From Alphaproteobacteria bacterium (lineage in GTDB: Bacteria; Pseudomonadota; Alphaproteobacteria; CAAHEQ01; UBA3637), in NCBI GenBank assembly GCA_045614105.1, contig JAZLCF010000129.1, positions 1-41,443 on the forward strand: DNA of 41,443 nucleotides. Direction: 5' to 3'. The position numbers were made by a program, and so were the translations under genes. Below the pieces are notes generated by a model that saw only the letters and a program-made list of their open reading frames with translations, searched no databases and was not told where the DNA came from. Each line of letters opens with the position of its first letter. Position 1 is the stretch's first letter. This document shows, in pieces, positions 34,200-41,443 of this stretch.

Positions 34200-36957
34200 G
34201 TTTATCCTCCAATAAATTCTCAAAATTTTGGTTTAATAAGTATCGTGTTGGGATGGTCAGAACAATTTTTGCCACTTTTTTGCGATCTGTTTCCAGCCGG
34301 CCTAAGGCGGATAAAGCAGCCTCTAACACAATCCAGTCAGCGGACTTTAGACCTTCCTGTACAGCGCTCAGTCCTGCCTTTTCGTTTAGCTCTCTCCAAC
34401 CATAAAGGGCTAATGCTTGCAACCAAGGAGTTACCCATTGGGAAGGGGAAAGAATAAAGAAATTTAACAAAGTTTGAGGAGACATTTTCTTAATATTTCC
34501 TGGTGGATTATTGATTGTGGGGTATAATAAAATGTCTTTGATTTTCTGATAGATTTTTTTTGATAAGACATCTTGCAAGCAACCAGCAGCTGCGGCATAA
34601 GCATTGAAATCTGTGCCTTTTAAAGTCACAATTGCATTTTGGGTTAATGAATCAGATAAATAAAATCCAATTTGATCCAATAAAAGGTTGCGGGTGCGTT
34701 GTAATTCTTCGGTCAAAGCTTCATAGAATAAGCCTTTTACCTTTTGAAGCGTGTTTTTTTCAAGATTTTCAGTTTGAAGCAAAATTTTGTGAATCTCAAG
34801 CCACTCATTGACTGTTTGTTGAACCATTGTTTGTAAAATTTCTTTTTTATCCGAATACATCCATGGAATACTCGGCTGTTTTAGACTGTCTACAAGTAAG
34901 GGACGTAAAAGACGATTCGCTTCTGTGAAAGCCCTCATTAAAATTTGTTTGCTGTCTGTAGTGGATAGAGTACTTAAAAATAAAATAAGAAGCTTTTGTC
35001 GCATCAAAGGGATATGCTGGCTTAAAATCGTTTTTTCAATGGCAGGAAAAGCTGATTTGCCATATTGCTCTAAAGCCTCCAAAACAGCATCACGCCAGCG
35101 AATATCGTCTAATAAAGTCAATAGGCGGTTTAAACATAAAGTTGAGGACAACTGTCCAGCTACCAAAATCGCCTTTTTGACAACTGTTGCAGAAGGATTG
35201 TATAGCAGGCGCTCCAAACAATGTTCCCATTCCATACGTGGAAATTGATTCATGATATCTAATGCTAATTCATTATCTTGTGCTTTGGTGGATTCGGCTA
35301 AATCTAAAACGATATGAATGACTTTATCAATCCAAGCGCCTCGTCCTGATAAAAAGCCACAACAGGTGCCTAAGATCCATTTTTTTTCTTTTAAATAATC
35401 TTTATATTGGTGCCATGCACGTGTTGGGTTTATTTCCAATTCCTCCCTAATCAAACAAGCCAAGGCCATGTTCTGGACCTCTGCACATCCATCATTTTTA
35501 ACTAAGGAAGAAAGTAATCGTTTTTCTTTTGTGGTCAAACTCAGCTTGTTTAATTTTTTTAAGGCAAACAACCGTACAGTGATGGCTGAATGAGTTAGCA
35601 TTTGGTTTAATAACGCTCGATAATTAGCAATATATCCTTCATCTACAATTCGTAAGAAATAAATGACTTCTGCTGCTTGTTTTTTACTAAGACCTTGGCG
35701 TATCATCTGTTTGAGAGGGGGATAAGCCAATAAAAAAGGACCATCTCTCCATATTTTGAGTGCGCACATTTTCACCAGTTGACGTCCGTATAAATGTGCC
35801 GAAATAATAAATAATAACGCTAAAATACCCATATCAGCAAACAAAATCCAATTAAGAATCACTTGATTTACATCAACCAGCAATGAGCCCACTAAAATGA
35901 AAGCGCATGGCATCATGATCAAAAAACGTTTGTTTTCTAGCATAGCGCCTTTGCCTGAAGTAAAAGGGCGAAAGAGGAGGGCAAAATATCTGTTGATATA
36001 AAAATGACTGGAAATGAAAAAGGCTAAAATACCCCCCAAAATCATCCATTCCTCATCAAAGGCGCTGCCCAATGCGCTTAAACCTATTGAGACAGTACAA
36101 ACCACTAATCCCAAAGGAATTGTGTATAACAATCGAGCCCGAGCAAAGCTTGTTAACATCAATAAACTAATGCAGGCAAATATTAAATACAATTTTCCTA
36201 AAAGTGGCATAATGGACACATTATTTCGGACCGCATAGGAATATAAGACAAATTCCAGTAATAATCGTGCGATGGTCCAAAAGAAACTCAATGCCCAAAT
36301 AATATTCATCATCCTCTTACCTTCTTTATCTTGGGCTCCGCTTATGTTTTGAGCAAAAGTTTCACGTTTAACCGACAACAACCGGCAAAGTATTGAAATC
36401 AAGCCTGCTCCGACAGTTAAACCACACAGAGCATAGAAACACGCTTGAGATGCATGAAGATAAAACGAGGTGCCACTGGCGCAGACAATGCCTAATAATT
36501 CAAAGGCACAAATACCGATAAATTTCAATGAAGTGATGGAAATTTTGATATAGCGTGCAACCAGATGCCAAAAAATGAAATTCAGCAGAAAAATGGTGGC
36601 ATATTTGACCGCGAATAAAAGATGGAGACTCAAATAGGGATACCAGTTTTTTAGGCCAAATATAAACCACAAAAATAAAATCCAACATCCTGTTATTTTT
36701 GTGATGTTGTTTTCTTGGCGTGTGATTTTGATACAAATATTGTAGGCTGCCCCAATCCATAGCAAGGCCGCGAGCAAATAATCTATGCCCAACCAGATAA
36801 GTCCTTCTTTTTCTATCAGCAATGTGCTGGTAGAAATGTCAAACAGACATAGCATACCTGATAGCACAAAACTTGTGAGGCTTAAAACGATCAGTCGATT
36901 AATGTCATCCCATTTTAACCGTTTTAAACGCGCCCATATATGCAAAAATATTTTCAT
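34183..36957 (-). CDS. 12-TM membrane domain fused to a long HEAT/ARM-like helical repeat domain (924 aa); possibly MFS/TLC-like transporter-HEAT fusion
   Basis: About 12 hydrophobic helices in residues 20-390 by eye. Residues 400-924 are Leu-rich helical repeats (e.g. VRLFALKKLNKL, VVKKAILVAGQL, WRDAVLEALEQYG, ADWIVLEAALSALGRL). ATGA overlap with the ftsY stop, behind SD GGGGGA. Confidence 0.75.
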   Translation of the reverse strand: MKIFLHIWARLKRLKWDDINRLIVLSLTSFVLSGMLCLFDISTSTLLIEKEGLIWLGIDYLLAALLWIGAAYNICIKITRQENNITKITGCWILFLWFIFGLKNWYPYLSLHLLFAVKYATIFLLNFIFWHLVARYIKISITSLKFIGICAFELLGIVCASGTSFYLHASQACFYALCGLTVGAGLISILCRLLSVKRETFAQNISGAQDKEGKRMMNIIWALSFFWTIARLLLEFVLYSYAVRNNVSIMPLLGKLYLIFACISLLMLTSFARARLLYTIPLGLVVCTVSIGLSALGSAFDEEWMILGGILAFFISSHFYINRYFALLFRPFTSGKGAMLENKRFLIMMPCAFILVGSLLVDVNQVILNWILFADMGILALLFIISAHLYGRQLVKMCALKIWRDGPFLLAYPPLKQMIRQGLSKKQAAEVIYFLRIVDEGYIANYRALLNQMLTHSAITVRLFALKKLNKLSLTTKEKRLLSSLVKNDGCAEVQNMALACLIREELEINPTRAWHQYKDYLKEKKWILGTCCGFLSGRGAWIDKVIHIVLDLAESTKAQDNELALDIMNQFPRMEWEHCLERLLYNPSATVVKKAILVAGQLSSTLCLNRLLTLLDDIRWRDAVLEALEQYGKSAFPAIEKTILSQHIPLMRQKLLILFLSTLSTTDSKQILMRAFTEANRLLRPLLVDSLKQPSIPWMYSDKKEILQTMVQQTVNEWLEIHKILLQTENLEKNTLQKVKGLFYEALTEELQRTRNLLLDQIGFYLSDSLTQNAIVTLKGTDFNAYAAAAGCLQDVLSKKIYQKIKDILLYPTINNPPGNIKKMSPQTLLNFFILSPSQWVTPWLQALALYGWRELNEKAGLSAVQEGLKSADWIVLEAALSALGRLETDRKKVAKIVLTIPTRYLLNQNFENLLEDKHAHYN

Positions 36958-37820
36958 TTTTCCCCCAACAAGGAAGCGGCGTAATCGGCAGCAGAAAAAG
37001 GCTGCAAATCTTCAACATCTTCTCCCACTCCAATGGCATAAATGGGTAAATTTTCTTTGCTTAAAGCAACCAAAATGCCCCCTTTGGCGGTGCCATCCAG
37101 CTTTGTCATAATCAGCCCTGTGACGCCACATATTTCCTTAAACGTTTTGACTTGCGCGAGTGTATTTTGTCCAACAGTTGCATCTAATACTAAAATTGTT
37201 TCATGGGGCATAGAAAGATCTACTTTGCGAATAACTCGGACAATTTTTTTCAGCTCATCCATTAAATCTGTTCTGTTTTGCAATCGTCCCGCGGTATCTA
37301 TAAAGATAATATCTGTTTCTTTAGTTTGGGCAGATTTTAAGGCGTCAAAAATCAGCCCAGCGGCATCGCATCCCTGAGGGCCAGCATAAAAATCAGCACT
37401 GATTTTTTCAGCCCATTTTTTCAGTTGTTCCACCGCTCCTGCTCGGAAAGTATCCCCAGCCACACAGGCAACAGATTTTCCCTCTGCTTTATATTTGGCG
37501 GCTAACTTGCCGATGGTTGTGGTTTTGCCAGCGCCATTGACTCCCACCATTAAAATCACAACTGGTTTTGTATTGGCCAAAGTCAGCGGACGACAAATCG
37601 GGGCAAGCTTTTGTGTAATTTCGCGTTTTAAAATTGAACGGATCTCTGAGGACGTTTTTGGTTTTTCTTCTTGTACAGCGTGCATGAGTTCATGGGTTGT
37701 TTCTATGCCCATATCCGACAAGATCAATGCTTCTTCCAAATCATCGGCGTTGACAGAGGCAAAAGTAAAGATAGATGCGGTCTTTTTTAAGCCTTGTTTC
37801 AATTTATCCAACCAACGCAT
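36954..37820 (-). CDS. ftsY: Signal recognition particle receptor FtsY (short form, NG domain)
   Basis: GVNGAGKTTTIGKLA, DTAGRLQN and TKLDGTAKGG motifs. Start set at 37820 (MRWLDKLKQGLKKT...) behind SD AAAGGAG. The 44-codon upstream extension overlaps mtaB. Confidence 0.9.
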   Translation of the reverse strand: MRWLDKLKQGLKKTASIFTFASVNADDLEEALILSDMGIETTHELMHAVQEEKPKTSSEIRSILKREITQKLAPICRPLTLANTKPVVILMVGVNGAGKTTTIGKLAAKYKAEGKSVACVAGDTFRAGAVEQLKKWAEKISADFYAGPQGCDAAGLIFDALKSAQTKETDIIFIDTAGRLQNRTDLMDELKKIVRVIRKVDLSMPHETILVLDATVGQNTLAQVKTFKEICGVTGLIMTKLDGTAKGGILVALSKENLPIYAIGVGEDVEDLQPFSAADYAASLLGEK

Positions 37821-38997
37821 TGTCTTGCACTCCTTTAATTTGAACTGATATAATTGTCCCCACAGGATATTTTTGACCAAGTATAACATGTAAATAATTT
37901 TCTGTCCAGCCCATTCCATGATTTTCCACCAAAACAGCAACTGTTTGCCCAATCATTTTTTGCAACAAATCATGATACATTTGATTTCTTAGACTCCGCA
38001 ACTCAGCGGCGCGTTTTTTGCGTTCTGATATGGGGATTTGACTCATTTTAGCCGCAGGAGTGCCTGGGCGTTCGGAATAAGGAAACACGTGTAAATGGGT
38101 TAAGTGGGCTTCTATTACTAATTTTTTTGTATTTTCAAATTGGGCGGCTGTTTCTGTTGGAAAACCAGTGATAAAATCGGCCCCTAAAATCGCCTCAGGT
38201 CGTGCGGCGCGGATTTGTTGACACAAAGACAGAATATCCTCATGGGAATGTCTGCGCCCCATGCGTTTTAAAATTAAATTATCACCTGCTTGAATGGACA
38301 AATGAAAATAAGGCATTATTTGGGGATAATGCTTAATCATTTGAATAAAATCATCTTTTAAAGCGGCGGGATCCAATGATCCATAGCGCAAGCGTTTAAT
38401 TTGGGGCACCTCATCCAAAATGCGCTGGGTGATTTGAACTAACCCATAGGGATAAGAGGCTACGTCTGCGCCTGTCAAAACAATTTCTTGAAAACCCTTT
38501 TGAGCAAAAGCTTTGGCTTGTGCAATCACTTGATCAGGGGATAGACCTTTGTTGTGTCCACGAGCAAAACGAACCACACAAAAAGTGCATTGATGGTCAC
38601 AGCCTTGCTGAATTTGTAAAAAGGCGCGGTTGCGTCCTTCAAAATCTGATACAATGGGCAAATCAAAGGCTTGTTCTATATCACCGACGGCATATTTTTG
38701 TGTGCTATACAGGAGATCTTTGTTCAGTTTCTCGTGATTACCGAGGACGCGATCTACCTCGGACATCTCGGCATATTTTTCTGGATTTAGCTGGGCCGCA
38801 CAGCCTGTCACCACCAAGGTGGTGTTGGGATTTTCACGCTTGAGTTTTCGAATCGTCTGGCGACATTGACGTTCTGCTTCTGCTGTGACAGCACAAGTAT
38901 TGACCACAATTACATCGTCAGAAATATCCTGCCCCAGCCGAGCTATTACGGCCGATTCAAAAGTATTCATCCGACAACCAAAAGTCACTATTTTCAT
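37804..38997 (-). CDS. mtaB: Radical-SAM methylthiotransferase, MiaB-like (probably MtaB)
   Basis: UPF0004 N-domain with MKIVTFGCRMNTFES...VNTCAVT. Radical SAM CDHQCTFCVV (CxxxCxxC). C-terminal TRAM-like segment. 397 aa and a short N-terminus favour MtaB over MiaB/RimO. Confidence 0.75.
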   Translation of the reverse strand: MKIVTFGCRMNTFESAVIARLGQDISDDVIVVNTCAVTAEAERQCRQTIRKLKRENPNTTLVVTGCAAQLNPEKYAEMSEVDRVLGNHEKLNKDLLYSTQKYAVGDIEQAFDLPIVSDFEGRNRAFLQIQQGCDHQCTFCVVRFARGHNKGLSPDQVIAQAKAFAQKGFQEIVLTGADVASYPYGLVQITQRILDEVPQIKRLRYGSLDPAALKDDFIQMIKHYPQIMPYFHLSIQAGDNLILKRMGRRHSHEDILSLCQQIRAARPEAILGADFITGFPTETAAQFENTKKLVIEAHLTHLHVFPYSERPGTPAAKMSQIPISERKKRAAELRSLRNQMYHDLLQKMIGQTVAVLVENHGMGWTENYLHVILGQKYPVGTIISVQIKGVQDNALVG

Positions 38998-39003
38998 AAT
39001 GAA

Positions 39004-39032
39004 ATTATATCAGATTTTTTACGAAAAAGCAA
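39004..39032 (-). promoter_or_regulatory. Candidate promoter TTGCTT-N17-(TGa)TATAAT ending 6 nt before the mtaB ATG
   Basis: On the minus strand, -35 is at 39032->39027 and -10 at 39009->39004 with an upstream TG (extended -10). Then TTCATT, then the ATG at 38997. No SD. Confidence 0.5.
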
Positions 39033-39110
39033 TGTTGGTATGTGCCTAAATGTGTGCTATATTATCGGTCATTTTGTTTTGGTGTATCTTAGATACCGCG
39101 TGTGTTCTTT

Positions 39111-39323
39111 TTATTTTACTTTCGCATGATGTTCCAATAAAATACAGTCGGGTTTGGCTGGATGTGCATCAGGAGTGCTTTTATCAAAGACGGAATGTGC
39201 CGCACGCACCATGGTTGCCATGCCCTGATAATCAAATTTTTCCAGCGTTTCTGCTAATCCACGGAATTGGAAATCTATATATTCTTTGGCGTCTATTGGC
39301 CGAATTATTTGTTCTTTTTTCAT
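39111..39323 (-). CDS. Hypothetical small protein (70 aa)
   Basis: SD GAGGAG 4 nt upstream of the ATG at 39323 (MKKEQIIRPID...). No motif recognised. Confidence 0.45.
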   Translation of the reverse strand: MKKEQIIRPIDAKEYIDFQFRGLAETLEKFDYQGMATMVRAAHSVFDKSTPDAHPAKPDCILLEHHAKVK

Positions 39324-39470
39324 TTGTCTCCTCATGTTAAAAAATAAACCAAATAAAAGAAAATATAGAAAATATATCGTCTATTAGTTTTAATTGTCAA
39401 GCAGAAAAATGAAATTATTTGCTTTTTGTCAAAAATAGGTTATATTAAACTTATAAATGAAAGGAATTAT

Positions 39471-40433
39471 ATGACAGAATTGCAAAAACTTTTTCAAAAT
39501 TTACGCCATTATATCAACAATCAAATTTTAGGGCAGGCTGATTTGGTTGATCGTTTGCTGATTGCGTTGTTGTCCGATGGACATTTGCTGGTGGAGGGGG
39601 CGCCGGGGCTTGCCAAAACAAAGGCTGTGAAGGTGCTGTCACAAACAATAGAGGCACAAGCACACCGTATTCAATTTACGCCGGATTTGTTGCCATCAGA
39701 TGTGACAGGTAGTGATGTTTATCGCCCAGAAAATGGGTCATTTTACTTTCAAAAGGGACCAATTTTTCATAACTTGATTTTGGCTGATGAAATCAACCGT
39801 GCGCCGGCAAAGGTACAGTCAGCATTGTTGGAAGCGATGGGGGAACGTCAGGTGACCATTGGCAATACAACCTATCGGTTGCCAGAACTATTTACTGTGA
39901 TGGCCACGCAAAACCCTATTGAAAATGAGGGAACCTATCGGTTGCCCGAGGCTCAATTAGATCGTTTTTTGATGTATGTGGTGATTCATCATCCAGATGT
40001 ACAAACGGAACGGCAAATTTTAAAGTTAGTGCAAGGTGAAGAGAAAAAAATGCCGATGCCTGCCTTTAGAAAAATACGTGAAAGTGTTATTTTTGAGGCC
40101 AGACAAGAGGTTTTAAATGTGCCAATGGCGCCAGAATTGGAAGAGTATATTATCCAATTCATTATGGCGACGCGTGAACCCGAACGTTATGACAAAGAAA
40201 TTGCTCGGCTTTTGCGCTATGGGGCCAGCCCTCGTGGTACGATTGCTTTGGATTTATGTGCACGGGCAAATGCATGGCTGAATGGTCATGCCAGTGTGAT
40301 GCCTAGTGATGTGACGGATTTAATCCATGATGTATTGCGTCACCGTTTGATTTTGTCGTTTGATGCAAAATCTGAACATATCACAGCAGATCAAGTGTTA
40401 GATATGTTGTTAGAGCGTGTGCCTTTGCCATAA
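39471..40433 (+). CDS. MoxR-family AAA+ ATPase
   Basis: Walker A GAPGLAKT, Walker B ILADEINRAPAK, and the typical MoxR continuation QSALLEAMGERQVTI...FTVMATQNPIE..GTYRLPEAQLDRF. Start set at 39471 behind AAAGGA. Candidate promoter TTGCTT-N16-TATATT at 39419-39446. Confidence 0.9.
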   Translation: MTELQKLFQNLRHYINNQILGQADLVDRLLIALLSDGHLLVEGAPGLAKTKAVKVLSQTIEAQAHRIQFTPDLLPSDVTGSDVYRPENGSFYFQKGPIFHNLILADEINRAPAKVQSALLEAMGERQVTIGNTTYRLPELFTVMATQNPIENEGTYRLPEAQLDRFLMYVVIHHPDVQTERQILKLVQGEEKKMPMPAFRKIRESVIFEARQEVLNVPMAPELEEYIIQFIMATREPERYDKEIARLLRYGASPRGTIALDLCARANAWLNGHASVMPSDVTDLIHDVLRHRLILSFDAKSEHITADQVLDMLLERVPLP

Positions 40434-40442
40434 GGAGTAGGT

Positions 40443-41348
40443 ATGCCTCACAGCCCTGTTGATATTCAATTGCGAGATCTGACGGAATTAAAGAAAAAGG
40501 CGGAAAATTTTTTACTGCCTCAGTCGGCTCATAAAGTTGTGACGGGTTTTGGCGGCGTGTATTCTCCCTTTAAATCAAGGGGGTTGGATTTTCAAGAGGT
40601 GCGTGCGTATCAGCCGGGGGATGATATCCGGCAAATTGATTGGCATGTGACGGCCAAGTATGGCAAGCCTTTTACAAAGCTGTATACCGAGGAAAAGGAA
40701 CGCACGATTTTCTTTGTGGTGGATTTAAGGAGCAATATGCGCTTTGCGACACACGGGGATTTTAAGTCGGTGGTAGCGGCGCGTCTGACGGCTTTTATGG
40801 CGGCGATTGCAGAACATCAAAAAGATAAAATCGGCTATTTGTTGTTGACGGATACGGGCGTGTTTTCCAGTGGTAAATCCGACATGGAGATGTTGCCGCA
40901 TTTGTTTAATGATATAGTTTCTGTGTCCGCCCGCAAGACGCAGGATGGTTCTTGGGATCGGGCTTTGCGGCTGTTGATTCAGTTGTTGCCGGTGGGCTCG
41001 TTTGTTTTTTTGTTTAGTGACTTTTATGATTGGCAGCGGGAGCATACAGAGTTATTAGCGCGTATTTCCGATAAAAACATCTTTTTGTTTGTTTCTATTT
41101 ACGATCAGCTGGAAATGCAAATCCCCGAGGATACATTGCCGTTTTCGGATGGCGTGCATACGGTTGTGGTGCCCGCGGATGATAATAAAGTGCGGCAACG
41201 GTTTCATAAAGAATGGCAACAACATCAAGATGAGTTAAAGCAAGCGGCGGATAAATATATGTGGGGCTATTTACCCCTTGCTACGGATGAGGATTACTTG
41301 GCCAGCTTGATTCACTTTTGTTTTGGAGAGAACGCTCATGCAGCCTGA
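40443..41348 (+). CDS. DUF58 family protein (vWA-like, MoxR partner)
   Basis: FKSRGLDFQEVRAYQPGDDIRQIDWHVTAK...LYTEEKERTIFFVVD is the characteristic DUF58 core. It lies immediately downstream of moxR. Confidence 0.85.
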   Translation: MPHSPVDIQLRDLTELKKKAENFLLPQSAHKVVTGFGGVYSPFKSRGLDFQEVRAYQPGDDIRQIDWHVTAKYGKPFTKLYTEEKERTIFFVVDLRSNMRFATHGDFKSVVAARLTAFMAAIAEHQKDKIGYLLLTDTGVFSSGKSDMEMLPHLFNDIVSVSARKTQDGSWDRALRLLIQLLPVGSFVFLFSDFYDWQREHTELLARISDKNIFLFVSIYDQLEMQIPEDTLPFSDGVHTVVVPADDNKVRQRFHKEWQQHQDELKQAADKYMWGYLPLATDEDYLASLIHFCFGENAHAA

Positions 41349-41443
41349 AATTGATTTAAGCGGATTAAAAGATTTGCATGAAATGGTTCGACCTTCGTGG
41401 TGGCCGCTGGCTTATGGTTGGTGGCTGTTGATTGTGGCCTTTG
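41338..41443 (+). CDS. DUF4381-like membrane protein, 5' partial (runs off the window)
   Basis: MQPEIDLSGLKDLHEMVRPSWWPLAYGWWLLIVAF. The L.D[IL]..P..SWWP.A.GWW.L motif plus a TM is typical of the DUF4381 gene that follows DUF58 in Bat-type operons. The ATG overlaps the DUF58 stop by 11 nt (41338-41348). Confidence 0.6.
   Translation, partial: MQPEIDLSGLKDLHEMVRPSWWPLAYGWWLLIVAF

Noticed and set aside
34183-34223. The overlap between the 924-aa ORF and the cNMP-like ORF as a frameshift mutation splitting one gene (pseudogene)
   Set aside because: The downstream ORF has its own strong SD (GGAGGA) 5 nt before an ATG, and both frames are otherwise intact. A natural two-gene, translationally coupled arrangement is more likely. 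A sequencing-error frameshift cannot be excluded without reads.
39050-39340. 96-aa plus-strand ORF overlapping the 70-aa minus-strand ORF
   Set aside because: It has no SD and its translation is Cys/Leu/Phe-rich low complexity. The minus-strand ORF at least has a GAGGAG SD. Both remain weak.
1-41443. Search for CRISPR arrays, IS elements, integrases, tRNA genes or direct-repeat island borders, especially around the giant ORF at 16203-20423
   Set aside because: I found none by eye. There are no repeat-spacer periodicity, no transposase- or integrase-like ORFs, and no tRNA-like T-arm other than the tmRNA. The giant gene therefore cannot be called part of a recognisable mobile island from this window.

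Overview
This window looks like a low-GC chromosomal segment (roughly 40% by eye, not computed) from an Alphaproteobacterium. The assignment rests on a circularly permuted two-piece tmRNA gene at the left edge, whose tag begins ANDN. Most of the window is tightly packed housekeeping. On the minus strand are amiC-like amidase, acyP, asmA, rluC-like, rarA, prfB, mrcA, a parvulin PPIase, ftsY and mtaB. On the plus strand are rne and phoH-ybeY-corC. Many stop/start overlaps suggest translational coupling. I saw no transposase, integrase, tRNA, rRNA or CRISPR array.

Five things stand out:
1. A 1,406-aa ORF (16203-20423) has a prepilin-type N-terminus and pilin-like head. It is fused to a very large cysteine-rich module (about 98 Cys by hand count) built from two diverged copies of a five-module super-repeat, plus a distinct C-terminal domain. 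It has a near-consensus promoter and SD, and I cannot place the passenger in any family. This is my best candidate for something undescribed.
2. A 12-TM membrane domain fused to a roughly 520-aa HEAT/ARM-like solenoid (34183-36957) is translationally coupled to ftsY upstream. Downstream it is coupled to a small, degenerate cyclic-nucleotide-binding-like protein.
3. A textbook Leu-leader-peptide attenuator (leader ORF, antiterminator, terminator) sits in front of an orphan, C-terminally short LeuA-family gene.
4. Anaerobe-type O2/NO-defence genes are scattered across the window: a flavin-reductase-rubredoxin fusion, rubrerythrin, a flavodiiron protein, and a MoxR-DUF58-DUF4381 Bat-like operon.
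5. prfB carries the programmed +1 frameshift site, which the ORF track misses. Three genes have -10 hexamers 6-7 nt from their start codons, which may mean leaderless mRNAs.

All family calls come from motifs read by eye. No database search was run.
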